Assembly (NCBI GenBank): GCA_963662545.2
Contig: CAXXLL010000002.1
Span: 448,001-512,000 of the forward strand
Direction of reading: 5' to 3'
From: Gammaproteobacteria bacterium
Lineage (GTDB): Bacteria > Pseudomonadota > Gammaproteobacteria > Ga0077536
DNA: 64,000 nucleotides
In this document: piece after piece, positions 33,196 to 42,677 of the stretch
Layout: each line of letters opens with the position of its first letter
How positions within the stretch are numbered: the first letter of the stretch is position 1
Made by a program: the position numbers and the translations under genes
The notes under the pieces: generated by a model
Seen by the model: the letters and a program-made list of their open reading frames with translations, nothing else
What the model was told of the DNA's origin: nothing
Databases searched by the model: none

Positions 33196-33697
33196 GGCGC
33201 CTGATTATAACTATGATTCAGGCACCGCACACTGCTTCCGCGAAGCTACAAAAAGATGGCATCGAACAACTCGCAGAGAAACAAAACCGATCGGCAAATT
33301 TGCTGAACGGAGAGCTGACCGATGCAAGAGTCGCCAATTGGCGACTCTCACCCACCAAGCGAAGTCGCCCCTCGATCGAACCCTCATGGCGCCGGGAGGG
33401 ATTGACGTACAACTACCATGCCGAGGTCGCAGTGCGGTGGAAACGTCCCAACGTCAGCCGTTCCCGGCGTCGGGAATGTGGGATGGCCTTGCAGACGGCC
33501 TACAATCGAGCCTGCTGGACGGATCTACCATGCCCATACGGCTGCAAAGCCCATTACCGCGCCTGCGTCGTGGCAGGAAATCTATACGTAATATCGCTCG
33601 ACTATTGCATCTGTGGCTGGGGCGGTGAAGCAACGCCTAAACTAAGGTTTCCAGAATGGTTTGTTGGCGTATATGTATTTTGAATATAATCCCTAAG

Positions 33698-34093
33698 ATG
33701 TGCCGATCGCATGCCCCATTATCGGTGAGAAAGACCCTTTGGGTATTCTACCTCGCTGTCGCCTTGGTGTTCATCCAGGGGGCGCGGTTGCATGTGCATA
33801 TCTATAACCATGATCCGGCCACGTCGGATCATGGACATCAGGAGCAAGCACACTTCAACTATGATACCTCGGAGACAGGACACCCTGATGAGGTGGCGGA
33901 AATCGATTTGTCTCAGCAAGGTTTACTGAAATCCGTTTCATTCGGATCACTGGTCATTGCCTTATTCGTGGCAGTGATTGTTATCCTTTCACCCCGTCTT
34001 TTAACTCGAGTACCTTGGCGCCCCGATCGCCGTGGTCCTCTCGCTTCTTGGCTTTTCAGGCTACGGCCACCCCTGCGCGCGCCCCCGCTCTAA
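33698..34093 (+). CDS. His-rich DUF2946-like membrane peptide ending in RAPP (candidate regulatory uORF)
   Basis: TM segment, HVHIYNHD..SDHGHQEQAH, second TM, C-terminal RPPLRAPPL; TATAAT at 33685-33690. Confidence 0.7.
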   Translation: MCRSHAPLSVRKTLWVFYLAVALVFIQGARLHVHIYNHDPATSDHGHQEQAHFNYDTSETGHPDEVAEIDLSQQGLLKSVSFGSLVIALFVAVIVILSPRLLTRVPWRPDRRGPLASWLFRLRPPLRAPPL

Positions 34094-34222
34094 ATCCTTC
34101 TCTTTCTGATGGTGTTGGTGGCACGGACCTGATTCGGTCTGTGCCGAGCAATGCTGTGTGCTTTCTTTTTCCTGAGAATTCTTCGTACGTGTCGTAGCAA
34201 CGCACCACACCGGGAGTGGGTG

Positions 34223-35524
34223 ATGTCGAAACTGTTTATATTATGGTGCCGAAAAAGCAGCCGGGCAGCGGTGTTCGGGCTCATGCTGTCCGGTGCCGCG
34301 CCGATATTGGTCCTGGCGCAACCGCAGGACAGTTGGACGCTGGAGGATAGCATCCGGCGTGTTGTAGAAATCGCGCCGGAAATGCGTGGGGCATGGGCGG
34401 CGGTCAGTGCCCGGCAGGGTGCCCTGCAACAAGCGGGTGTATGGCCGAATCCGCAGATCGAACTGCGCGCTGACGACAAGATGGGTAAGGATGATGGCAC
34501 CGGCGGCACCGATTTTACTCAATTCGCGTTCAGCCAGCCGCTGCCGCTGAGCGGCCGCCTTGGCCATCAGCGAGCCGTCGCCAGTGCAGAGCTGGACGCT
34601 GCCCGTACCGAACGCCGATATCAACACGTGCGCCTGGAAACACAGGTGGCGCAACGTTATCACAGCTTGCAACTGGCAATGGGTCGCTTGGGCCTGGCTG
34701 AGCAGCGTCTGCAACTCGCGGATGACCTGCAAAACATCGGGCGCCGGCGGGAGGAGACCGGGGACCTTTCCAAGCTGGAGCGTCTACGCATTGATCTCAT
34801 CCGGGAGTCTGCGCAACAGATCCTGGACAAAGCGGAAGGCGAATACAACGAGGCCCTGAGCCGGTTCCGTCCTTATTTGGGTTTAACGTCAGAGACTACA
34901 CCACAACTGACGCCACTCGAACCTTTCGATTCCATACCCGCGTTAGACCAATTGCAGGCAGATTTATCAAAACATGCGGCGTTGCTGGCCGCGAGACACC
35001 GGCTTGAAGCGGCACGATCGAGCGTGAACCTGGTTCGTTCCGAGCGTCTACCCGACCCACACTTGCGCCTGTTCCGCGAGCGGGACTTCCTAAACGGACG
35101 TCGCCAGGATGTCACCGGTATTGGTATCGCCGTTACTGTACCGCTCTGGGACCGTAAGGCTGGACGACTGAGTGAAGTCCAAGCACAGGTGGCGCAGGCG
35201 CAGTCAAAACTCCAGGTGCTGGAACGGGATCTGGGCAGCCGTCTGCGACGCAGTCATCTGCATCTTTCCCACCTGGTCCAACAAGGCAAACATTACCTTC
35301 CCCGGGTACTCGAACCTGCGCGAAAGGTTTTTGACCTGACGCGCAAGGCTTACGCGAGCGGAGAGGTAGAGATCTTCTCCCTGATCGATGCCAACAATAT
35401 CTATTTTGACGCCCACGGACGCTACCTGGAATTACTACAGGAGGCTTGGCAAGAAGCGGCGGAGTTGCGCCTGGCCGCAGGACGCGCCCTCGTGACCACC
35501 GAACAGGATACTCGCCATGAATAA
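34223..35524 (+). CDS. CzcC/TolC-family outer membrane efflux protein
   Basis: QAGVWPNP, SQPLPLSG, ERLPD, VPLWDR, AYASGE. Start may lie at 34151. Confidence 0.88.
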   Translation: MSKLFILWCRKSSRAAVFGLMLSGAAPILVLAQPQDSWTLEDSIRRVVEIAPEMRGAWAAVSARQGALQQAGVWPNPQIELRADDKMGKDDGTGGTDFTQFAFSQPLPLSGRLGHQRAVASAELDAARTERRYQHVRLETQVAQRYHSLQLAMGRLGLAEQRLQLADDLQNIGRRREETGDLSKLERLRIDLIRESAQQILDKAEGEYNEALSRFRPYLGLTSETTPQLTPLEPFDSIPALDQLQADLSKHAALLAARHRLEAARSSVNLVRSERLPDPHLRLFRERDFLNGRRQDVTGIGIAVTVPLWDRKAGRLSEVQAQVAQAQSKLQVLERDLGSRLRRSHLHLSHLVQQGKHYLPRVLEPARKVFDLTRKAYASGEVEIFSLIDANNIYFDAHGRYLELLQEAWQEAAELRLAAGRALVTTEQDTRHE

Positions 35525-35738
35525 ACAATTGCTCATGTTAGTCCTTATATCAGCCTCGACATTAGCATTCGCGGCGGGACTGCAACTCACCCCAGCACAA
35601 CTGGCCAATGTCAATCTGACCACCGCCACTGTGAGTACCCGAGAGAGCCTCACACATTTGAAACTGAACGGTGTCCTCACCGCCGACCGGCGCAAAACTC
35701 ACCGTGTCGCGCCGTCCCTGGCACCGTGTCGTTGCTAA
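35517..35738 (+). pseudogene. Truncated CzcB-like membrane fusion protein (N-terminus only)
   Basis: Overlaps the czcC stop; signal peptide, LQLTPAQ, L.LNG......HRVAP, then an abrupt end. No czcA follows. Confidence 0.7.
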
Positions 35739-35909
35739 TCAACTCGTTTGCGCCTCTACCATCTTCGAATAAAGTGCTTTGAATGCGTCCCCCAGTTCTT
35801 CGGCTTGTTCAACTGCACTGCCTGAGGAGAGGGTTACCGCCTTTGACTCAAGGGCTACCTTTAACAGATCGGCCGCTGCAAACGTCTTAACTTCTGAACT
35901 CGCTGCCAT
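35739..35909 (-). CDS. Small hypothetical island protein
   Basis: GGAGG SD before MAASSEVKT. Confidence 0.5.
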   Translation of the reverse strand: MAASSEVKTFAAADLLKVALESKAVTLSSGSAVEQAEELGDAFKALYSKMVEAQTS

Positions 35910-36053
35910 CGTATTTGCCTCCAAGAATAATTATGGCCCACGAATTCTAATGTCGCGAGCACGCTGAAACGTACTTTTTGTATACGTATACAAAACTCCC
36001 GCCGCAACGGGAGTTATGAAGGGGCGCCGTCCCTGGCGCCGTGTTCTCGTCCG

Positions 36054-36257
36054 CTAAAATAGTTTATCCAGCTCACGTTGCTGTTCATCGGACAGATCGT
36101 GGAACGAACCACCTATCCCGAGTTCCGTCTCCAATTCCTCCAGCGCATCAAGCATCGTGCGTTTGGCTTTACGCACGTGATGAGGTTCCGCCCAATCCAC
36201 CACTTGAACGCACCTGTGGAGCTTGCAAATCAGGAAATTAAGTTTGTCCTTATTCAT
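36054..36257 (-). CDS. Small hypothetical island protein
   Basis: AGGAG SD; 67-aa ORF co-oriented with its neighbours. Confidence 0.55.
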   Translation of the reverse strand: MNKDKLNFLICKLHRCVQVVDWAEPHHVRKAKRTMLDALEELETELGIGGSFHDLSDEQQRELDKLF

Positions 36258-36316
36258 GCCTGGTCTCCTGGCGCCGTGTTGTACTTAGTTGGCGTTATCC
36301 GACGTTAACGTCGTTT

Positions 36317-36568
36317 TCACTGTCCGTGGGTCGCCGCCAATTCGATCCCCTTTTTTACAGCAGCATCAAGTTGCTGCTGCGTTATCTCATCGTTTATAAG
36401 GGCCCTGCCTGCCTCTAATGCCGCCTCTTTGTCGATTAGAAACCAATCGAAAAAACGAACAAAAGCGACCTTCTTGTGTTCATCTAACTCCTCGAACATT
36501 TTTCCAATGTTCTTGAGGTGCTTGAGGGCGTTAGTGGTAATCCTGGGGGTCGTCTCAGATTCGGTCAT
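36317..36568 (-). CDS. Hypothetical protein downstream of the C4-like RNA
   Basis: GGAGG SD before MTESETT. Confidence 0.55.
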   Translation of the reverse strand: MTESETTPRITTNALKHLKNIGKMFEELDEHKKVAFVRFFDWFLIDKEAALEAGRALINDEITQQQLDAAVKKGIELAATHGQ

Positions 36569-36599
36569 GCCTAGCGCCTCCATTGACAAATAGGAAGTC

Positions 36600-36760
36600 G
36601 GGCGCTGATAACCGCACAGAAACGGTCGGGCTTATTCCCCGAAGGTCTTGTATTCACCCACCCCCGACATTGAGGCGGTACCTGCAGGATGCAGGCAAAA
36701 AAAATCCGCAAACTGTCGGGAGCGGTGTCCGTTCTGTGAAGGGTTATCAGACCCTGCCTG
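36600..36760 (-). ncRNA. C4-type antisense RNA with cis target (P1/P4-like immunity element)
   Basis: On the minus strand, CTGATAACC..CACAGAACGG is complementary to downstream CCGTTTCTGTG.GGTTATCAG. Internal CCGC...GCGG stem plus T run; promoter-like TTGATT-16-TATCCT at 36790-36763. Confidence 0.55.
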
Positions 36761-37102
36761 ACAGGATAGCGCGGCGGCCTACGAAATCAAGCCGCAGGAC
36801 GTCGACGCGCGCAGCACAGCAAACCGTTCAGGTCGAGAGTACGCAAGGGTAGGGCTGAGCCGAGATCGTCGCTTAGGGCGCAATACAGACGGCTACTCAA
36901 GATGAGAAACTGCGCGCGGAGCACCCGGAGTGGACACAGCAGCAAATTGCTGACGCGGTAGGGAAATCGAGACAACGCGTCCAGCAAGTTGTCAGTAAGA
37001 AAGAAAATTGCCCAACTAGCAAAAAAGGATATCCATATACACGCGTGCGCACGGACAACCTAGAGAGCGCCGTGCGCACTCTGCTCAAGCACTACGACCG
37101 CA

Positions 37103-37411
37103 ATGAAATTATCGCGGTCCCCTCGGCTGAAATCAGGGGCGTGTAATATCCGCGGCATGGACGACGGCGCTTTCCCTGCGGAGACATACGACGATCTGCT
37201 ACCGGCGATCGCCGAGGCCATCAAGGAAGTCCCGCCGGCGCCCTGCGATGGCTGCGTACACGCCAGCCGGTGTGCCCTGGAATCACTGGCCTGTCTCACC
37301 TTCATCGAATATTTCAATAGCCGGCATGGCTGCTATAACCCGGATGCACTGAGGATGCCGACAAGCGCAATCTACAATCGAGCGTTTGGCGTGGGACGTG
37401 TGCGCCGGTAA
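37103..37411 (+). CDS. Cys-rich hypothetical protein (possible Zn finger)
   Basis: PCDGC....C......C. Confidence 0.5.
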   Translation: MKLSRSPRLKSGACNIRGMDDGAFPAETYDDLLPAIAEAIKEVPPAPCDGCVHASRCALESLACLTFIEYFNSRHGCYNPDALRMPTSAIYNRAFGVGRVRR

Positions 37412-37640
37412 CTGCTGACGCCCGGTATTTCTAACCTCTCATCGCGGTGAGAAGTTAGATCCGCAACTTTCCGGTGCAGCGGAATGTTGATCAGGTCGTC
37501 GGCTGGTCGGCGGGCCAGTTTGCGGTAATGGCTAACCGCCTCCCTATTCGGAAGCTCAAAAGCGTCTGACGTTATAGGTTTTGGCTAAAAGAAACCCCGC
37601 GCTGAGGCGGGGCTCCGTATTCTGATATAGCTTGGGATCG

Positions 37641-38270
37641 TTACGCTGCTTTACGCCTTCGAAAACCCAATCCTGCGAGTGCTAAACCCATGAGGGCGAG
37701 GCTCGGCGGCACCGGGACAACGCTAGTTTCGCGGATTAAAAAACTTCCTACCGCGGAGTTGGCTGCAAAGTCGAATTGCGTTCCCTCGCCTAAAAAGTCC
37801 GTCGTTGGGTTAGAATCGTTACCGTCAAATAGTGAGAAAAACTTGTGCTGGCCTGGTCCAGATGGGTCGCTGGATATGCCAACCACCCAATCGCTATCTT
37901 CGTTAAAGAAGGAGTAGCCCATCCAGCTAGCGACCAGGTCGGTGTTGCCTTGATATATTTCCAAATTTCCGGGAGTAGTGGACGAAACTCCCGTTATATT
38001 GAATACGAACTGGTGAATCTGATCTATGGCGGCATAACCCCACCCCTCATAATCACCGCCCATACCGAACTGTGCGGAAACATCGTTGTACGTGCGTTCT
38101 ACTGTGCTGGGGGCGGCGCCTCCGTCGAAATCAAGCCAATCGAGTCCGGTGAGGGAATCGGAAGTCCAACTAAAGTTGGCATCTGATGCGGTTGCTAGGG
38201 CAGCTTGAACATTCATGCCAAACGCCAGCAGCGCCACCGTGGAAATTACCAACAAGCTATATCGATTCAT
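37641..38270 (-). CDS. PEP-CTERM-like exosortase substrate
   Basis: Signal peptide; D..TGLDWLD; C-terminal VPVPPSLALMGLALAGLGFRRRKAA; terminator hairpin at 37592-37613. Confidence 0.88.
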   Translation of the reverse strand: MNRYSLLVISTVALLAFGMNVQAALATASDANFSWTSDSLTGLDWLDFDGGAAPSTVERTYNDVSAQFGMGGDYEGWGYAAIDQIHQFVFNITGVSSTTPGNLEIYQGNTDLVASWMGYSFFNEDSDWVVGISSDPSGPGQHKFFSLFDGNDSNPTTDFLGEGTQFDFAANSAVGSFLIRETSVVPVPPSLALMGLALAGLGFRRRKAA

Positions 38271-38756
38271 TATGTAACCTCCTAAAGCGACGAATTACCG
38301 TTCGCCAAATCGCCAAATGTCACCGCTGGCGCCTTGCTAAATCCAGCAACCCGATCAAGCCTGAGCCAAATAACCGCACCGCAGCGGGTATCGGCACCGC
38401 GCCAGTAAGCCAGGTTCCGACGATGAAGCAACTTTTCGCCCAAGGATTGATAAACCGCTCCATTCACAACCTCGAAAATGAACCCAATATCACCGGCCGC
38501 AATGTGAGTTTGCCACACAGCGAAGAAATTGAGGCACAACTCGCTCCACGTCTATTTAGAATTTGGTGATGGCCGCATGGGTTGGTAACGGCCATTTAAA
38601 GCGCACTGAAACAGGCTGCGAAGTGACCTCTGGGGAGGTCCGCTACTGGTAAAAGCAGACGTTAACAGTGGCGATATTGGGAAAGAAAAAGCCGCCCGAA
38701 AGCGGCCTTATCTTAAAGCGATAGCGTAAATCGTTCGGCGCGTCTGCGGCGGAACG

Positions 38757-39380
38757 CTAATCCTTCCAGAACCCATTAAACCGATTCGCCGCCAACTCCG
38801 TATACCGACAAGTATGCTGAATATTGGAATGCCCCAAATACATCTGAATCGCTCGAGTATCGTGTCCTTCATTGGCTAAGTAGAAACCGCAGGCATGTCT
38901 GAGCATATGCGGATGAACCGGAAATCCCAGCTCGGCAACTTCCCCCGCCCTCGCGATAATCTTCCGCACAGCTGACGTTGTCAGCGGCCCTCTGCGCTCA
39001 GTGACGAACACATACGGGGACTTCTCATACTCGCGCTGTAAGCGTTTAAGAGCGCGCAATTCTGGCCCTCTAAGCGGGTGTGTGGAGTCAATCCCACCCT
39101 TCATCCTTACGACGTGTAGTTGACCCTGTTTCAGGTCGATTTGGTCCCATCTCAGGGATACTAATTCGGACACGCGCAGAGCATGGCGGTAAGCAATCAG
39201 GATGAGCGTCTTGTCTCGGAACGGATGCCGACCGACCCTGCCGGCAGCCAGCATTAGTTGCGCGACTTCGTCAGGCGTTAAGTATTCGCGTGACCTGACA
39301 TCCTTGTTTCTGGGTTTCCGGGGTAACTTTCCCGAAAACGATGGTTGGGGTAGGTCGATGACGTTGGCTGTAGCCCGCAT
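38757..39380 (-). CDS. FimB/XerC-like tyrosine recombinase (catalytic domain only)
   Basis: REYLT..EV, HALRVSE, RMKG, HPHMLRHACG, YLGH.NIQHTCRY. Confidence 0.9.
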   Translation of the reverse strand: MRATANVIDLPQPSFSGKLPRKPRNKDVRSREYLTPDEVAQLMLAAGRVGRHPFRDKTLILIAYRHALRVSELVSLRWDQIDLKQGQLHVVRMKGGIDSTHPLRGPELRALKRLQREYEKSPYVFVTERRGPLTTSAVRKIIARAGEVAELGFPVHPHMLRHACGFYLANEGHDTRAIQMYLGHSNIQHTCRYTELAANRFNGFWKD

Positions 39381-39462
39381 GGTTGCTTACCTCGTGACCC
39401 GCAACTCTCCCGAAAATGGGTGCTTTCGGGAAAGACAGTTAGAAGTAAATTGCGAGTCAACG

Positions 39463-39702
39463 TCAGGTTTCGGACTGGCCAGGTTTGGGTGGTTCACTCG
39501 ATGTCTCCTTCGATTTCATCCGAAATGCGCGGCGGAGGACGCCTACTACGATTTCACTGGCGTTCTTGCCCTGTTTCTTAGCCCGGCGCTTGATTTCGGC
39601 GTCGATCGAATCAGGAATGCCGTAAGAGCGCGGAAGGACCTTTTCGTCTGGGTACTTCCTCTTTCGTCCGGCGCCTTCGCGCTTCCCGCCTTTCGGAGAC
39701 AT
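39463..39702 (-). CDS. Ribbon-helix-helix-like DNA-binding protein
   Basis: GGKREGAGRK; SYGIPDSIDAEIKRRAKKQGKNASEIV. Confidence 0.65.
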   Translation of the reverse strand: MSPKGGKREGAGRKRKYPDEKVLPRSYGIPDSIDAEIKRRAKKQGKNASEIVVGVLRRAFRMKSKETSSEPPKPGQSET

Positions 39703-40098
39703 GCAGACATTTTACATGCCCCCAACCGGCGCCTTTTGATTGATTATAAATATTCTAAAATGCAATTCAATGATTTCTTATAATATTTCTTAATATCGGA
39801 TGAAATTGGGAGTAGGATCTAGCCGCCAAGCTAGGCCGTAATTCATTAGAGAGAGCCGTTGGCATCGCAAGAAGTTAAGACGGGTGACGGACCCGAGGAG
39901 GCGCCAAGATGGATTACACGACGCAAGAAAAGCGCGATATTTTCTTTACGGCCCTAGATGTTAGGGCTGGCGTTGCGGAGCCAGAGGCTGCCCGCCAGCT
40001 CATGAAATATTTGGGACTTATGCACCAAAATCAGCAAAAACTCCTAGACATCTGATTATAAATGACATATAATAATAAGCAGTAAATAGGAGTTCCCG

Positions 40099-41046
40099 AT
40101 GGACAAGAAGCGAATCGCCCGAACAATCAGCGTCCCGGAGCTGTATCGGATATTCCCGGATGAGGCGTCCTGCCGGAAATGGATTGAGAAAGTCCGCTGG
40201 AACGGCACCCCGGTCTGCCCGCATTGCGGAAGCATTGAAGACATCAAGCCGCCGCCGCCCAGCAAGCCCTATCACTACTGGTGCAAGTCCTGCCGAGATC
40301 ACTTCACGGTCACTACAGGCACCTGCATGCATTCGACCAAGAAGCCGTTGCAGGACTGGATTTACGCGATTTATTCCGTGCTCACGGCCCGCAAAGGCGT
40401 GAGCGCGATGCAGGTTTCCAAGGAACTAGGCTGCCAATATCGCACGGCGTGGCACATGCTCCATAGGATCCGCGAAGCCTGCGCCAGCGGGGAATTACCA
40501 CTTGAGCGAGTCGTCGAGGTCGATGAGACCTACATCGGTGGGCGCGAGCGCAACAAACACGCGAGCAAGAAACTCCGCCAGGGCCGTGGCACAGTCGGTA
40601 AAATCCCTGTCGTGGGAGCGCGGGAGCGCGGCGGGAAGGTCATTGCTGAGCCGGTCGAACGCACCGACGCTGAAACCCTCGTGGCGTTCGTAGAATCCAA
40701 GGTCGCGCATGGCTCGACCATCTATACCGACGACGCCAAGGCATATAACAATCTCGCCAATGACAGCAATCAGTATCAGCATGAAACGATCTGTCATTCG
40801 GGCCATGAGTACGTCCGGGGCGATGCCCACACCAACAGCATTGAATCAACATGGGCCGTCCTCAAGCGCTCGATTACTGGCACGTGGCACCACGTATCCC
40901 GTAAGCACTTGCCACGCTATATCAACGAGGCGTCATTCCGACTGAACGAAGGCAACTGCGAAGTTGATACGATTGACCGCATGGAAGCGTTGGCAGGAAA
41001 AATCGGCGGGAAGCGGTTAAGCTATCGAGACTTGGTTCAATCTTGA
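40099..41046 (+). CDS. IS1595-family transposase
   Basis: Zn ribbon CPHC..CKSC, VEVDETY, IYTD, HTNSIES, YINE..FR.N. Confidence 0.95.
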   Translation: MDKKRIARTISVPELYRIFPDEASCRKWIEKVRWNGTPVCPHCGSIEDIKPPPPSKPYHYWCKSCRDHFTVTTGTCMHSTKKPLQDWIYAIYSVLTARKGVSAMQVSKELGCQYRTAWHMLHRIREACASGELPLERVVEVDETYIGGRERNKHASKKLRQGRGTVGKIPVVGARERGGKVIAEPVERTDAETLVAFVESKVAHGSTIYTDDAKAYNNLANDSNQYQHETICHSGHEYVRGDAHTNSIESTWAVLKRSITGTWHHVSRKHLPRYINEASFRLNEGNCEVDTIDRMEALAGKIGGKRLSYRDLVQS

Positions 41047-41173
41047 AAACAAGCAGGGTGCTCATTTTGAGCACCCTGCTATGACGAAAAAGTTGCGCCC
41101 CGTGTAGCTTGGCGGCAGATCGGGGAAACCCTCACACGCTATGTTTAATCATAACGTGGAGGCTTCTCTATGC

Positions 41174-41413
41174 CTAGTCCGGTCGATGCTTCTCAATCTG
41201 CTCCAGAACAACCATCAAATCTTGACATAGCTGGCGCGCGGTTCCCGTGGGAATCACCAGCGAAATCCGGTCATTGGGTTTTGATGCTGTCGTGTTCACA
41301 AGAGCCAAAATGGCAGGAACCTCTGAAGAACCCAGTTTTTCGTTGGGTGGAACAGTTTCCACGTCAGGACTCACATGTATCTGAGTGACGGGGAACATTA
41401 TTATTTCGTCCAT
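41174..41413 (-). CDS. Hypothetical IS passenger
   Basis: ORF only. Confidence 0.4.
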   Translation of the reverse strand: MDEIIMFPVTQIHVSPDVETVPPNEKLGSSEVPAILALVNTTASKPNDRISLVIPTGTARQLCQDLMVVLEQIEKHRPD

Positions 41414-41529
41414 CTATGCTTCTTCTTTCAATAGTGGAGGATTTCTTATGTCTAGTTCGGAAACTTCATTAAATGCGGTGTTCGCGTCATTCTTGCGGTC
41501 GGATGAAGGGAAGCACGTGCTGGGTGACG

Positions 41530-41781
41530 TTATTTCTGAGATGCTTTTCGACCATAGGCTCCCGCAGCATCCAGTATCTCAGCGGCTTTTAGTAGAGCTT
41601 GATTCTCAAATTCGATCACACCTTTCTCAACAAGAGTCCCATGCGGAAGTTGAGTCTGTATAAGGAGGCTCGCTCGTACGCTGTCCACTTTGTACTTGAA
41701 ATTAACAAAGGCTTTATCCGCATCCTGTCCTTCGCCCTTATCTATGGTGACATTGTGGGAGATGATTTCTATTTCGCTCAT
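41530..41781 (-). CDS. Hypothetical IS passenger
   Basis: ORF only; competes with an overlapping + strand ORF (41448-41663). Confidence 0.35.
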   Translation of the reverse strand: MSEIEIISHNVTIDKGEGQDADKAFVNFKYKVDSVRASLLIQTQLPHGTLVEKGVIEFENQALLKAAEILDAAGAYGRKASQK

Positions 41782-41881
41782 AAAGCCGTTCCAGACTAAA
41801 AAAGAGAGAGCCTTGGACCGTACCTTATTGCGCTGTGCAGCGCAATAAACTATGGTTCTACATGGTCAATAGGAAGCCGCC

Positions 41882-42058
41882 ATGAAGTCCAAGCCCAAGA
41901 TTGATCCCACCGACCGAGACCCGGCCAGCCTCGACGATATAGAAACCGCCATGCGTCATCTTTTGGAGACGCCAGCGGATTCCAGGCCCAAAAGCGAGAA
42001 TCGGGAGCCGACCAAAAAAGAACTGGAAAGACGTTACAAGCTAGTTCGTAAAGCCTGA
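41882..42058 (+). CDS. Small hypothetical IS passenger (58 aa)
   Basis: AGGAAG SD; MKSKPKIDPTDRDPASLDDIETAMRHLL... Confidence 0.5.
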   Translation: MKSKPKIDPTDRDPASLDDIETAMRHLLETPADSRPKSENREPTKKELERRYKLVRKA

Positions 42059-42076
42059 ATCAATAGCTCATTTGCC

Positions 42077-42304
42077 ATGCTGTTATACAAGACGCTAGAA
42101 AAACGCCGTCCTTGGCGCAGTGCTCGTCCAATAACTATGGAGGTGCTGTCACCGAGAGGCTATTTGGACCTTCTTGAATCTAACCCAGGTTTAATTCAGT
42201 CTGCAGAGACTGCGCCACTTATTTTGGGCCAGAAGGGATTCGGCGGCATTCGGGTTACCTATACCCGGCCAATTTATCCGTCTCCGCGAACAGGAAAAGC
42301 CTAG
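42077..42304 (+). CDS. Hypothetical IS passenger
   Basis: ORF abutting the next gene. Confidence 0.45.
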   Translation: MLLYKTLEKRRPWRSARPITMEVLSPRGYLDLLESNPGLIQSAETAPLILGQKGFGGIRVTYTRPIYPSPRTGKA

Positions 42305-42305
42305 G

Positions 42306-42677
42306 GTGGCCCAAGAATATGATCCAGACGAAAGCGGGGATTTTCATAGGTATCTTGCTAACCAAGAGAAAGAGCTTGCTATTAAGGGACAAGAGCTTTC
42401 GGTTAGGCATGTCGAACTACAGAATCTTGCAGAATACGCCAAAGCAGAACTAGAAGCACACGTATTAGACCGTCGAGATGAGCGCGGCCTCCAAGACCGC
42501 TTTCATAAACGTAACACCATTTCTGGATCGATAATGCTCGCTTTTCTGATGGCGGCTATTCTTGCGCTCGTATTCTTTGACAAAGAAGCCATCCTTTATC
42601 AACTCATACAGATTACGGTTGCAGGCTTTGGTGGTTATCACTGGGGACGACATAAACAGCGCGCGGAAGGAGACTAG
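42306..42677 (+). CDS. Coiled-coil + two-TM membrane protein (IS passenger)
   Basis: Charged helical N-terminus and two hydrophobic segments ending GGYHWGR. Confidence 0.6.
   Translation: MAQEYDPDESGDFHRYLANQEKELAIKGQELSVRHVELQNLAEYAKAELEAHVLDRRDERGLQDRFHKRNTISGSIMLAFLMAAILALVFFDKEAILYQLIQITVAGFGGYHWGRHKQRAEGD

Noticed and set aside
33180-33683. ORFs 33180-33683 and 33194-33628
   Set aside because: No recognisable motifs; they overlap the divergent promoter region between SCO and the uORF.
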